A stretch of DNA of 63,965 nt, the filler included, from Thelocarpon superellum (lineage: Eukaryota): the NCBI GenBank assembly GCA_026025795.1. It is 4 parts of 4 records of this genome, joined end to end, with 100 filler letters (N's around TTAATTAATTAA, not from the genome) between each part and the next. Parts side by side here need not be neighbours in the genome. Positions count along the whole stretch, not along the records: positions 1 to 17,167 come from JAPEUG010000378.1; positions 17,268 to 34,423 come from JAPEUG010000379.1; 2 more parts are not named here. One strand, written 5' to 3'. The notes beneath the pieces were generated by a model. That model was not told where the DNA came from. It worked only from the letters and a program-made list of their open reading frames with translations, and ran no database searches. Below, one piece after another: positions 10,651 through 24,036 of the stretch. The position numbers and the translations under genes were made by a program. The number at the start of each line of letters is the position of its first letter. Positions within the stretch are counted from its first letter, which is position 1.

Positions 10651-13418
10651 TCAAGCATACCCCACGGCCCGCTCCGCGTCCTCGTCGATCTGGCCCTCCA
10701 GATAATCCCGTTCAAACCGACTCAATGGTGCAGTCGGGTCGAGTCGCGCCGGCGGCCGAATCGCCTCATGCACGCTAGACAGACTCTCGTAGAAGCTGCG
10801 CACCCGCTCGTGCGCCATGACTTTCCTGGGGTCAAAACGAAGCACCTGCAGCCCATCCTGCGAGGTGGCCCGACTCAGCGCCACGTAGGCTTGCCCCTTC
10901 TCGAACACTCGCCCAAGATCCACCTTCACCCGATCCAACGTCTGGCCCTGCGCTTTGTGGATCGAGAGCGCCCAGGCCAGGATCAGCGGGACCTGTGTCC
11001 GCGAGGCTTGCACCTCGCCATTGGGGAGCTCGATGTTCCACGTCTCCGGCTGACATAGCAGGTCGCGTGTCGACCCATCCGACATGGCGAAGCGGACCAA
11101 GGGCCAGCGTCGCGATGGCACTCGAGACGGGCCCATGCTGGTGCTGGGCTTGATCCGTGCCCGTTGCTTCGCAGCGCTCTCGTCGAAGTAATCGCCCGGC
11201 ACGTCGTCGTCCTGTTTCTCCAGGCCAAAGGTGGTCTCGTCCATGAAGCCAATGACCTTTCCGAGGGACCCGTTGACCAAACTCTCGTCGATGTTCTTGA
11301 TAAGCATTACCTGTGCATGTTTCTTCAACCGGAGTTCGATCGGTGCCATGCAATTCGCGAGCAGTTTGGTCCGTTGGAGGGCGTCCGTGATGCGACCGCC
11401 GTCCACCGCGACGAAATGTTCGAAGTCGCCCTGCAAGTTCCTCATCCGCGCCGAGTTGGCCGCGTCGACCTCCCCGCGCGTGGGGAAGCTAGGAGGGTGT
11501 TAGTCATGGCGACGGAGGAGGCACATGGATCACGCACAGCTCGGTACCATCCAGATCATCGTCGTAATGGATGGGGCGATTCAGGCCGCGAAAGATGTCG
11601 ATGGACTTCTGCGACAACTTGCCCACGCGCATCTCATTGAGCATTCCGGCGAAGACTGCACATCTTAGCCCCGGCCTGTCGAGCACCACCGAGGCCTGGG
11701 GAGGGACAGCGCCTACCTGGGTCTTTCTGCCGGAAGACCTGCGTCAGGCCGATGATGTGGTCGATGGAGGTAGACCACGTCGCCGCGTCAAAGGCAAAGC
11801 GGGAAATCCTGCCCGAGTCGGGCACGGGAGGCAGTTGGAAGAAGTCGCCGGTGATGACCAATTGGATGCCGCCAAAGGGCCGGCCATCTCGGCGCAGCTT
11901 CTTGGCGATGGCTTCCAGCTTGTCGAACAGGTCGCCGTCGACCATGGAGATCTCGTCGATGATCAGCACCTTGGTACGCAACCAGCGCGTCTTTGCCTTG
12001 GCGTTCTTTCTGATCCGGTTCACCAGCTCGTCCGCACCCTCCTTTCCCAGCCCGATGCCCCCGAAGCTGTGGAGGGTGACGCCTCCCACGTTGCACGCCG
12101 CTAGGCCTGTTGACGCCGTCACGGCGACACGGTCGGGCTCGGAATGGTATTTGGTGCGGAGTTTGGCGATGATCTCGCGCAGCAGCACGGACTTGCCCGT
12201 TCCTGCGCGCCCGTCAGCCGTGTTACTATGACGCCTCGGTCACTTGCCGCACGTACCTGCGGAGCCGGTGAAGAAGACGCTTTGCCCCTTTTCCACCACC
12301 ATGTGCAGAATCTTCTTCTGCTCGTCGCTCAGGAAGAGCGGGATGACGCATTTTCGCTTCTTGCTCGCAATCGCTTGTCGATGATCCTCCTCAGTTGCGT
12401 CGTTGTCCTTGACCAGCTTCTTCTTGGCCTGGCGCAGCCGCTTCTGCTCGGCTTTGACAGCGCTCGCCGTCTGGTCCCACGGTGCATGCTCGGAGGCCTT
12501 GGGCTTGCCGGCGGGGACTAGCCGCTCAGGCTCGGCCCCTTCCAGGCCGATCCACGGGATCGTCCGGCGCTTCTTTGAACGAGGGTTGGGTTCGTCTGTC
12601 GCAGGTCGTGTTGCGGTCTGCATGACGTGAGGTTCTGGAGAAGGGGCCGCTCGCTTGAGCGTGGCTGCATTCGGCGGCGTGACTTTGTGGGCGAGTGGGG
12701 ATGATGACCACGGCACCGGGGCGCTGCTAGGGAGTCGGCCAGACTCGCGTGCGCTGCTCTGCAAGCAGCCTTGAGGAGTCTGTGCAGGGGCTTGCGGAGG
12801 ATACATGTACTGCTGTAGATTGGGCATTGCAGGAGGCTCGTGGTACTCCAGGTCGAGCTCGGCGTCATCGTCAAAGTCATTCTCGTCAAAATAGACCGCC
12901 TCGTGCAGCTTCTTGATGCCGTGATCTTTCGGTGCGCGGTCATGGATCAAGATGCTGTTGTGCGGAGATGAGCCGGGTAGACCGCGCGACGGATATGGTG
13001 CACGCGGAACACCATGCTTCGCAGCGATAGCTGGTGGGCCTGGAGACACGCCATGCCGGCTGAAGTTTGCGAGGGTTGCATTCGGACGGGTCACGTTGGA
13101 TGATATGGTCCTCATCGTTTGCTTCATCGTGTTGGGAGGATACCGGGCTGCGCGCGCACCGGTGGTGGACGCACCATGGCCCCGCTCGAGCGAACCTGCC
13201 GATGGGTTCGCTGGTCCAGGCTGGCTTGGCTTACCCGACTTCTGCAACGCATGGTGGAACATCCTTCTCACATCCAGTGGCCGTGCGAGCGGGGGGGGTC
13301 GAACGGAACAAGTAGCGGCTTTTGTATGCCGGGCACGATGAAGACGCGTCCGGGGTGGAAGAATGAAGCAGCCAGACGTACCAAGACGACCCACGATCCA
13401 CGCCACGCCGCGGGGCAT
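10651..13418 (-). CDS. PIF1: PIF1-family 5'-3' DNA helicase, multi-exon, two in-frame ATGs (13418, 13262)
   Basis: [11 protein letters not shown] (split by an intron), [55 protein letters not shown]. Confidence 0.96.
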
Positions 13419-14663
13419 GTACTGGAGATTGCAGACAGGCTCAGCACGAGGGCCTCTGTCCAGGTAGAGGGTACTGTATATGTGCAGCCATGGATGGGCC
13501 GATTATGCGGTGAGTGGTGGTGTGGGCACGCTTTGCATGTTTGGTCGTTCGGTGTTACTTACGAGGCGACGCGACCTGGCGCGGTGGTGTTGGTGCCCGA
13601 ATCTCGGGTGTCGCGTACTCCGTGACGGGGCACCCCTAATTGGCTATCACGGCTGTCTTTCCACGGCGAGGTCCGACTCATCAATGTAGCCGTACGAGAA
13701 CGAGTACGAGCACGGAGTACAAGCACGAGCACGAGCACTCGCACCTCGACCAAGCCCTCCGAGGCAAGGGCCGGAGTATGCTTAGAGGACTCGGGTGCCT
13801 CTTTCCGAGGAGTCGCCCACTCATGCGAGTTTGGGGCGCCTATCTCACCGCCCAGGCCATAGGTCGCAAAGCGATGTCCACTACTAGGCCTCCTACAGCA
13901 ATTGGCGGACATTCGGAGCGCTCCGTGGGGGATCCGCTCGGGCTCTATCCCGCCCCTTGATCACGTCTACTCTCTCTAGTCCTCGTAGGTGGTATCAACA
14001 GGTATCAACAGGTACCAAACGACATCGCAAGAGAGCTCCGCTGCTGTGGTGGACCACAGTACAGCTTCGGGGGGAGGGCCGCGCCCTGATCGCCCGGACT
14101 ACCGTGGTCACGATCGGGCCGCTCAGGCGCACACACGGAAGAAGACTACGACCAAGACGCGGCGCCCAAGCAGCAAGGGTCCGAACGAGATTCATGGCTC
14201 ATGAGACAGGAAGGGCCGCGGTCCGCGCAAAGAGATGGGATGGCAGACAGAGTAGAGGGAAATACTTTTGGCGCAGGACTCACACGCACGCTTCCATGGG
14301 ACCCACGATGTGGTAAATGGTCACGACGACTTCCCATCGAGACAGGCAACGCAGCAGATCACTGGTAGTGGACGACGACGACGACAAGCGCACAACACCA
14401 CGGGCCCAAGCCCTACGCACGCACACGCACACATACGCGCCCGCTTCCGATGACGAACAGAGGGCACGCAGGCGTCGAGCTTGGTCGAGCATCCCTGCAC
14501 CATCCACCACACGCACATGAGATCAACCACGGAACAAAGAAGATGCACCAATTATCCAGAAGCTTTTGCGACCCGTGGCATGTCCTCGCCCGTGCCGGGA
14601 GGTGGGGACCGCGACGGACGCAGCCCAGGAATACGACACGGTCATGGGGACGATCGCGAGGGC

Positions 14664-16650
14664 TCACCCCTGGTAGCCACCAAAGCCGTTACCGACGTTG
14701 CTAAAGCCCCCGGGCGTGCCTTGGTTCCACTGCGAGCTCTGGTTCTGCTGACCTCGACCGTAGCCGCCTGCGCTGTTCGGCATGTGACCGTACCCACCTG
14801 GCGGCATGCCCGATCCTGCAAACCCCGCTTGGTCTTGACCCCACCGTTGAGCGCCAGGACTCGGCCCCGCGGGCGATTGCGCGTTGGGAGGATGACCGGT
14901 GTATGGGCCCGTCGCTGAGGGAGGGCCGCCCTGGGGCGTCATCGGGCCGCCAGGCCCTCCATACTGCGGGAAATATGGCGACGGCGTCTGGTAGCCAGGC
15001 GTGTGGGCCGCTTGTGGCGAGTATCCTTCAAACTGGCCCGTCGGCGGCCGATCCTTGCCCCACTACCTTCGAGTCAGCGCGAGAAGGGCGCGCGTCAAGG
15101 GCAAGAGCTGCGGGGAGAGGGGACCCACGCTGCACTTGAGCGGTCGACCATTGACGTTGTATCCGCTGAGCTGGCAGATGGCCATGGCCGCATTCTCATG
15201 CGTGTCCATCTTGACAAAGGCGAAGCCACGGTCGGCCTGGAAGCGCGTCTCCACGACATAGCCAAAGTTCTGAAAGAGAGGCACGAGGTCGTTCTGCGTC
15301 GTGTAGGGCGTCAGGTTGCCGACGTAGCAGGTCGTCTGCCACTGCGGGGTCTGCTGGACGACCATGTCGTAGCTCCCGGCCCCATGGGTGGGGAAGTGGT
15401 GGTGACCGTACGGCGTGGTCGGCGTCATGCCCATCTGTGCCATCTGCACCTGCTGCGAGATGGACGGCTGGCCTTTCTGATTGGCCCAGTTGCAGCGGAT
15501 GGCACGAGAGCCCAGCCATTCCCCGTCCATCGAGCTGAGGGCTTTCTCGGCATCGGAACGCTCGCGGAAGGCGACGAAGCCGTAGCCGCGCGATCGGCCC
15601 GTCTTCATGTCCCACATCACCCGGGCCTCAGAGACGGAGCCGAAGGCCGAAAAGGCTTGCAGAAGAACCTCGTCGTTGACTTCGTTCGAGAGGTCGCCGA
15701 CGAAGATGTGGAAGTGATTGGACGTGTCTTCCTTGCTCGTCGTGTTGGACTGATATGCCCAGTTGACTCGGATTTCCTGCCGTCATCGACTTCGATCAGC
15801 ATGCGCCGTGTGATCGTGCCCGCTTCTCCTCACTCACCGCTTGGTGCACCCTCCGGCCATTGAGCGTCGACATGGCACGCTCGGCGGCACCGGGGTCGTC
15901 GTATTCGACGAAGCCGTAGTTAAATCCCTTGCTCTGTGGACTCTGAGTGGTCAGCTTGATGTCGGCTGCGTTACTCGGCAAGAGGGTGGGAGGTTGAGCG
16001 GCGGACGACATGAAGGGCGAGAGATGTCTCAGGTTGATGCTGGCCAGGAGAAACGAGAAAGGACATAAGCGAATGCTGCCGCTGCCGCTGCCGCTGCCGC
16101 TGCCGGCGACCGACTCGTGCAGACCCTACCAGCGCATCTTCGACGCGGCGCAGGAGCAGCGGGAGCGGCGAACTCGAGAGTCCTCGAGCATCGCCATTTG
16201 ACGACACGGAGCCAAGGGAAAGTGATGACTCACCGCGGAAACGTTCTTGTCCGGGATGATTTTGACATTTTGTACATGCCCCGTCGTCTCGAAGATTTGT
16301 CTCAACACGTCTTCCGTGACGCGCGGGTCCAACCCCCCGACGTACAGCGCACGTTTGTTCGGCTCGGGAGCAGAGCGACGCACGAAGCCACCTGCGGAGG
16401 TGGGCGAGAGGATGCCACCATTGCCGGACATGGGCGAGGTGATGGCGGTCGGGATGGGGTTGGTGTTCTGCGGGATGATGACCGGAGGGAGCGGCGGGGG
16501 CGGCATGTGGGAGGGATTGCCTTGACCCGGATTATTTGCACCACCGGGTCCGCTGTTGTCTCCCGGGTAAGCTTGCTGACCGGGAGCACCGGCCGTAGAT
16601 GGCGGAGGTGGGAGCGAGGACGTCGGCGGGGCACCAGCGTCCTCAGCCAT
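14664..16650 (-). CDS. PUB1: Three-RRM poly(U)/polyadenylated RNA-binding protein (Pub1/TIA-1 family), multi-exon
   Basis: RALYVGGLDPRV, KGFNYGFVEY, RSRGYGFVAF, AIRCNWANQKG, TCYVGNL, RGFAFVKM and a G/Q/P-rich C-tail. Confidence 0.93.
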
Positions 16651-17167
16651 GGCAATCGGAGGTGATGTGGAATGTCGCGGGCACAGAAAAGACACAGCCG
16701 ATCAGCCGGGGTATCACTGTCGCGCTGCCGGACGTCGAGGTCGTTCAGCCCAAGGGGCACCGCGAGAGATTCCGCAGCGCCGAGGCCCGAAATGAGGCCG
16801 CCGGGACAGAATGCAAGGTGGAGCGAGGCGCAAGCAGGCGACGGCAAGGACGAGAATGGCGAGGATCTAGTGGAGCATAAAGGGTCGAAAATCAAGCGCC
16901 AGGCCGCCGTGGTCGGGACGCTGGAGGCGATGTGTGCGGGAGGTGCGCGGCGTTAGTTGAGGGCGGGGAGGGTGGAAAGAAGCGATGGGCTCGACCGCCA
17001 ACCAACCGAAGACGGAGCGACCTGATGCACGGGAACCGGGAAGCAGTGCGGACAGTGAGAAGAAGGAGATGCCCAGGGAGAGCAGACGGACACGACGAGA
17101 AGAGAGTGCTCAATCCAAACGCCGCGCGAGGGAGGGAGACCGGGAGACCGGGGACACCGGGATGGAA

Positions 17168-17267
17168 NNNNNNNNNNNNNNNNNNNNNNNNNNNNNNNNN
17201 NNNNNNNNNNNTTAATTAATTAANNNNNNNNNNNNNNNNNNNNNNNNNNNNNNNNNNNNNNNNNNNN
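17168..17267. other. Artificial contig linker (44N + TTAATTAATTAA + 44N)
   Basis: Exactly 100 nt with stop codons in all six frames; identical at three places. Confidence 0.98.
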
Positions 17268-17273
17268 ACCAGG

Positions 17274-18737
17274 ATGCATTCACGTCCATTGCGAGCTTCA
17301 CAGCTCCCCACTTTCATCCCTCTCCACGTACGACGACGATTCGCCTGTGCATACTGTGCAGCGTCCACGGCCACGGCCACGGCCACGGCCACGGACACAT
17401 ATGCACCCCGCTCGAGCACCGCATACTATCATGCCCCCCGTCGACGGCAACAATCGACATGGACGGCCACCTTGTCTGCCGCGCAGAATCTGCTGTCCAA
17501 CGCCACCCCGGACCATGGCTTCCCCGGCGGCAGGGCGGTCGATCCCTTGCGGCTGGTGGCCAAGGAGATGAAGTTTTTGACCAAGAACATTCGGCAATTA
17601 CTCGGATCGGGCCATCCCGTGCTCGATACCGTGGCCAAGTATTACACTCAGTCCGAGGGCAAACACATCCGCCCCTTGCTGGTGTTGTTGATGTCCCAAG
17701 CTACGGCTCTGACGCCGAAGCTCCCCCCGAGTTCTGCGCCCCCAAATCCCATGATCGTTAATGAATCCATTTCGCCTCCGGAAGTTCTCTCGGACTTCAA
17801 CCCGTCTTCGCCCTTCTCCAACCCTCTCACCGCCTCGGCAGCCGATGGGAGCGATGGCGTGGAAGCGTCGGATATCCTCCCGTCGCAGCGCCGCCTCGCC
17901 GAGATCACGGAGCTCATCCACACCGCCTCACTGCTCCATGACGACGTCATCGACCACTCCCTTGCTCGGCGGTCTTCCCCGTCCGCCAACATTGCCTTTG
18001 GCAACAAGATGGCCGTCCTCGCCGGCGACTTCTTGCTTGGGCGTGCCTCGGTCGCACTGGCCCGACTACGAGACGCGCAAGTGATTGAGCTCCTAGCGAC
18101 GGTGATTGCCAATCTAGTCGAGGGAGAGTTTATGCAACTCAAGAACACGGCCCTGGACGAGACGCACCCTGTGTGGAAAGACGAGACCATCTCCTACTAC
18201 CTGCAAAAGACGTACCTCAAGTCCGCCAGCCTGATCAGCAAGTCCTGCCGGGCCTCGGCCCTCCTCGGCCGCAGCTCCCCCGACGTCGTCGACGCCGCGT
18301 ACGCGTACGGGAAGAATCTCGGCCTGGCCTTCCAACTGGTGGACGACATGCTCGACTACACCATCAGCGGCGACGAGCTCGGCAAACCCGCGGGAGCCGA
18401 CCTCGAGCTCGGCCTCGCCACGGCCCCCCTCTTGTTCGCTTGGAAGGACCAGCCAGAACTTGGGGCGCTGGTAGGGCGGAAGTTCTCCGAATCAGGCGAC
18501 GTGGCGCGGGTTCGTCTCCGCTCCCCTGATGAAGCTCTTTCGTCAGCCCGCCTCTCATGCTAACGTGTGTCACAGGCCCGCGAACTAGTGAAGCGCAGCG
18601 CGGGCATCGACCAGACCCGGGCCCTAGCGCAGGAATACGCTGACAAGGCCGTGCAAGCCATTGCCGACTTTCCCGACAGCGAGGCCAAGGCTGGCCTGGT
18701 CGAGATGTGCGTCAAGACCATGAAGCGGCGGAAGTGA
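17274..18737 (+). CDS. COQ1: Mitochondrial trans-polyprenyl (hexaprenyl-type) diphosphate synthase; intron 18510..18575; 5' end at contig edge
   Basis: GKHIRP, ELIHTASLLHDDVID, KTYLKSASL, LGLAFQLVDDMLD and GKPAGADL, with an Arg-rich N-terminal presequence. Confidence 0.95.
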
Positions 18738-18957
18738 AGGGTGGAATTCTCCACTACATCAAAGTATTGCCGTTCGCCTGTTATATCCGCCTCTCCTCTG
18801 CGCCCATTCAGGCCACAGAGGACACTAGACTGTGGTAGGAAGCAGTCATCATAGACTTAGGTAGCTATAGAAGTAGAGAGAGGTAGAGAGAGGATATCAC
18901 CACTCCAGATGGACAGGGGAGATAGGGAAGACACGGACGACGCGAGACACAGAAAGC

Positions 18958-20317
18958 TCACTCGCCGCTCCCAGCCCTCAGACGCGCGCCTCTGGAGCCA
19001 GCAGCATTCCGATCACGACTCTTGGCTCTGCGATCCCATTCTCGTTCTCGTTCTCGTTCCCGTTCGTTCTCCAAGCTTCGTCGGCCCTCCAGTCTCTCTA
19101 TCTCGACCCCGCCTGGGCCGCCACCACCGCCAATGTCCATGTAGTCGTGGTCGAACCCGTACTCTGCCTGACGCGAGCCCGACCTTGACCCCGTTCGAAG
19201 AGTGGTCCCGTCCGCGTCGAAAGGAGGTGGTGGCGGCGGCGGCGGGGGCATCATTCCCATCCCTGCTCCCATTCCCAGGTTCACACCCATGCCGGCGTTG
19301 GTGTTGGGAAAGTGGAAGTGATTCATCCCCCCACTCTCCTCCTCCATCTCATCCTCTCTCACCAGTCGTACGCCTCCATGGGCCGGCCCAGAAGCAGGAC
19401 CCGGTTCCATCCCGCCGCCACCGCCACCGCCACTCCCACCTCTCTCACGCTGCCGTTCTCGTTCCCTTTCCCACGTCACCCTTTCCCGCTCCCACTCTCC
19501 CACCAGTCCCTTGAAGTAGACCTCCGCCTGGACGGTGGCGCTGTAGCTGGCCGGGGTCCAGCAGGCCCAGTTGCGCACGTCGGGCCTTGCACCGCCCGTC
19601 AGCATCAGGATGCGGAGCACCTTCAGCTGCCCGTACGCCGACGCGTAGTGCAATGCCGTGTTGCCCTGCAGATCGTGCGCGTTGGCGTCCGCGGCATGGG
19701 AGAGAAGGAGAGCCGCCAGCGAGGCGTGTCCATGCCGCGCGCACAGCATCAAAGCGTCCACCCCCAACCGATTGCGCCAGTTGGCGCAGCGCGCGTAGTG
19801 CGAGAGGAGCACGCGCACCACGGCCTCGCGGCTCGTGGCAGGAACGGCGACGGCATGGCTCTTGTTGCTGATGCTGTTGCTGGCGCCGTGCGTCCCGCCG
19901 TCCTCGCCCTTCTCCACGCCCCATGTCACGGCGCCGTCGTCGCCCTCGCCGCAGGCGGCCATGAGCGGCGTGTCCCACTCGGCGTTGCGCGAGATGCCAT
20001 CGTCTTCGTGGCCGGCCTGAATCAGGTATTCCTGTGGGGCGCGACGCACGAGTCAGCGGTGCGGTTGGCAACGGGGCCGTTCTCTCTCAAACGAGCGTGG
20101 ACCACACGAGACCGGTCGCACGCGCGAATGACGAAGGCTCCGCACGTACCACGATCTGGGCCCGGCCCAGGCGCGCGGCCAGGTGCAGAGACGAGTTGCC
20201 CTTGTCGGTGAGGTCGGGATTGTGGAGGCTGCCAGGGTGGATCCGGATGATGCGGGCGACCAACAGGAGGTCGTCCAAGTGGATGGCCCGCCGCAGGCGG
20301 ATGGAGACGTCGATCAT
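18958..20317 (-). CDS. AVO2: Ankyrin-repeat protein, TORC2 subunit Avo2-like (one intron)
   Basis: MIDVSIRLRRAI...NPD...GNSSLHLAA, GHEDDGISRN, GNTALHYASAYG, WTPASYSAT, followed by a low-complexity tail. Confidence 0.8.
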
Positions 20318-20950
20318 GGCGTCGGTGTGCGGGCCATGGCTGTCATCTGTCGTATGCGGGGGGCAGTCTGGAGGGCTCCAACGACGACAAGCTAGCTGCA
20401 GCAGATGAGGAGAGTGAAAGACCAGGTGGATCGTGGCGGGCTAGAGGTGGTGGTAACAACACTCGCACCGGAGCGGGCGGCAGCTCGATGGATGTATCAC
20501 GGAGCATCCGCGAATAGCTCTCGATGCTCCCGTCACCTATTGTACTCATCTCATCCGTACTCCTCACACCTCACGCCTCACGCCTCACACCTCACGTCAC
20601 CATCTAAATCCACCTGTTGATGCTCTACAAGTAACGATACAATGAAGTGCAGTGCGAGCAGCAGGCGCCCATCTCGTTCCGACCCGGCTGCTCCTGCCCC
20701 CCCTCCCGTCTCGCTCGACGGTCAGGTCCTGGACGAGGGGGTCCTGGGGGTCCCATAGTCGAGCGACCGTAGCCACACATGTCATGGAGGAGGTCCGGTC
20801 CCGCATGTTATCGGACGGGCCCGGTAATATTAGGCATCGCTCCCTCATCTTCCGCCCCGGCCATTTGGTCTGCATCGGCCGCGGCGTCCAGTCCACTTCC
20901 ACCTCCACCTCCACCTCCCACCCCCCTTCACACCCACCCACGGCGTCCGC

Positions 20951-23001
20951 TCACATGCCCTCGAAATCTCCACCCGCGTCGTCTTCGTCAATATCACCCT
21001 CCTGAATCTCCTTGGCCAGCTCCCGCTCTCGCTCCCGAGCCTCCTGTGCGTTCTTCAGCTCCAGTCGGTGTTGGTTCATGGGGAATCGCATCGCCTAGTG
21101 GCACCCGTGCGTCAGCGTAAACGAACGGACCATGACACCGTCGCGGGTCTCACCTTGACGCTCTCGTCGTGCAAGCCCAAGCAGGCGCGGATCCGATCAT
21201 GAAAGGCCTCGCCCGGCTCGCGCGTGGCGTAGATGTCGCCGAGCTCCTTGCTCTTCATGAAGCCCCGCTCGTGGTCCAGCGTGGCCTCGATGACGCCATC
21301 GCGGATGGCCTTGGCCACGATGTACTCGGCCGACTCTTCGCTGTCGAGGCTGAGCCGGACGCAGATGTCCCGCAGCGAGATGCGCGAGTACGAGAGCGAC
21401 ATCATCCGGATGCCCGTCTTGATGACGTTCTGTCGCAGGCGCAGGATGAGCGTGTACGTGCCGTCGCGTCGGAAGGTGGCGCTGTGCGTCTGCACCGTGT
21501 GCAGGAAGCTCTCGAGATCGCCCACCCGCACGCCCTGCACCAGCAGGAAGTACGGCTGCAGCGCCCGCTCCAGGCTGGGCTGTCGGAACACGGCGCGGTC
21601 GGGGATGTCGCCCATCAAGAGCTCGACGACGATGAGCAACTTGGTCGAGGCCTGGTAGAAGCCGGCGGCGCTGGCGCTGGACGGCGACTTGCGCGTCGCC
21701 CCCGTCAGGTGTTCCTGCGCCTCGGTGTAGGAGAGCTGGATGGCGCGGATGCGGCCGAGATAGTAGAGATATCGTGCGATCTGGTTGTTGGAGGCGGTCG
21801 GCGGGAATTGCGTGTGCGAGACCAGGAGGTCGGCTTGGGAGATGTGCGAGGTGGAGAGGTAGTTGCGCAGGAGCAGCGTCGTCACCGTCGCTTGCGTGTC
21901 CGTGTCCTTGCGCAGCACGGCCGTCCGCAGGGCGGCCAACAGCTGCTGCCGGATGGGCACGACGGGCGACAGGGGCGAGGGCGGGAGTGGCGCGAGCTGT
22001 TCGTGGAAGAGCGAGTGGTAGAAGTAGACGCGGGCCGCGAGCGAGTCGAGCGTACGCCGGTTGAGCGCATGGATCCGTTGCACCAGCGCGCGCGAGAACT
22101 CGGCCCCGGCCGCGATGGCGTTGCTGTCGAGGAGGTGGATCTGCATCAGGATGGCCAGGTAGATGTCGACCTCGGGCAAGACGTCCCTGGCCACCGCGGC
22201 TTTGCTCGCGCTCGGAGCGGGCGCGGGCTTGGGCTTGGGCTCGCCATCGACCTCCATCTCCGTGCCGGGGTGAGTCTTACCGAGGGCGCCGAGCAGGAAG
22301 CTGGCGTGGGAGTGTTGTTGCGCGTAGGTCTCCGTGATGACGCGGGCGAGGATGTCAGGAGTCAGGTGTTTTCGGATGGAGGACATGGAACGCAGGACCC
22401 GCAGCGAAAAGCGTGCGTCAAACTGTGCAACGGCTCGCTCGAGAAGGGGGAAGTTGCTTTTGATGTCTGCGCCGGCACGGTGAGCATGGCGCCGCGAGAG
22501 ATGGGGACCTGGGCGCCGCCCATCCTGGCACTCACCTGAGATGGCCTTGAGCGTCGGGTCGACCGTGCCTTCATCGGGCGCGTCGCTTTCAGCCTCGGGG
22601 ACTTTAGGCGCTCCGTTCATCACCACATCGCCTTCCTGATCCTTGCCGGGGGCCGGCTTGGAGTCTTTGGCCGGGGGGACGACGACGGTCATCTCGTCGT
22701 CGCCATCTTGGTCCTTGCCGGATCGCGATCTCCGGGTGGGATCTGATGCCTCATCGCCCATCTCAACGTCCGGGGAATCTCCGTTGACGCCCTTCTCCAC
22801 CGGGTCGACGCCGTTGGTGTGCGGGGGCTCGTCGGCGGAGCCGTTGGCATGGGTCAGTGTCGTCCGCTTGGTCGTGCCAGCCTTGGCCCGTGACGAGGGC
22901 GTCCGGGTCGGGGCAGGCTTGGTTGGGGCGGCGGCCTTGTTTCCGTCGCTGGAGGCGGTGGCGTCGGGTTTACTGGATCGAAGAGAGCGTTTGTCGACCA
23001 T
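20951..23001 (-). CDS. RPN3: 26S proteasome lid subunit Rpn3 (PCI domain), 3 exons
   Basis: NRRTLDSLAA, ARYLYYLGRI, LRLRQNVIKTG, AEYIVAKAIRDGVIEA, FHDRIRACL; last exon AMRFPMNQHRLELK...GDFEGM*. Confidence 0.96.
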
Positions 23002-24036
23002 GATGCCGCCGCCGGAGCTGGAGAGCTGGGGGTGAGCTCTGCCGCGAAGCGAAGACGAGCCACGATGGTCACCCGGGGCGGGTTCGGGTGAGGGGGCAGC
23101 ACGACGGCGAGACAGCAGCTCCGTCACGCGTGCGGAATCTCACCAAGAGCGATGCCAAGCGATGGCAGTGGCCGAGTGGACGGGATGGGGGGATGGTGGT
23201 GGTGGTAAGGGCGATGTAGTGAGGATGAGGTGATGACGGCAAAGATCGAACGTCTCCGTTGCTGCCGGGTGAGTTATGCAGAAAGGGAGCGAGCGATTCG
23301 CCTCTCGCTCGAACTACCAGGACGAGTTCGGCGTACGCCAGACACACCAGTCACTAACTACCAGCACCAGCACCAGCACCAGCACCGGACGCTGACGCTC
23401 CTCGCCTCGCCTGTCCAGGCGACGAACGTCCGGCTAGAGGCGACGTGACTGGACGGGCTGACCCCGTACGGTTCCGGATTACAGCCATCTCGGCACTCTC
23501 GTACCCTGTCACTGGTGAGACCCAAGCCAAAAGTGAGCTCAGGGCACGCTCTTTTCCGGCAGTCCATTGGTTTTTGGACCTGCGGGTCCATTCGCGACCC
23601 ACTCGCCCACCGCCACACTCATGTGGTGGATTGAAGCCAGTCTTCGTGATGCTTCGTGAGGGGGCCGCAGGCGCCCAAGCTGACATGTGTCACCACCTAA
23701 CACAGGAGAGGCTTCCGTCACAGTCGTCACACTCTACTGAACGAGCGACTAGAGCCGTCGATCCGGCGCGGCGCTTGGACGACATAACCGCGAGATGCTA
23801 AGTAATGCGTCACGCACCCACTGCCGTAGCCCTGGCACGTGCCCAGCCGGCCTTTCAGAAGTGCCGCGTCGCGGTCGCGTAAGGTACCCGCCGGACACTG
23901 GTCCCGTACCGGCGAGTGTACCAGCGCCCCGAAGGTGTTGGCGAGCCGGCAAGCGTCAACAGACTTGTGCCCCTCGCACCGACCAGCCCCAAGCACCATC
24001 CACAGCGGAGGCATCGAGGGGTGCGCCCGACACGTC

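Noticed and set aside
17212..17223. TTAATTAATTAA as a biological motif or piggyBac TTAA site
   Set aside because: Embedded in N runs and identical at three places; an assembly linker
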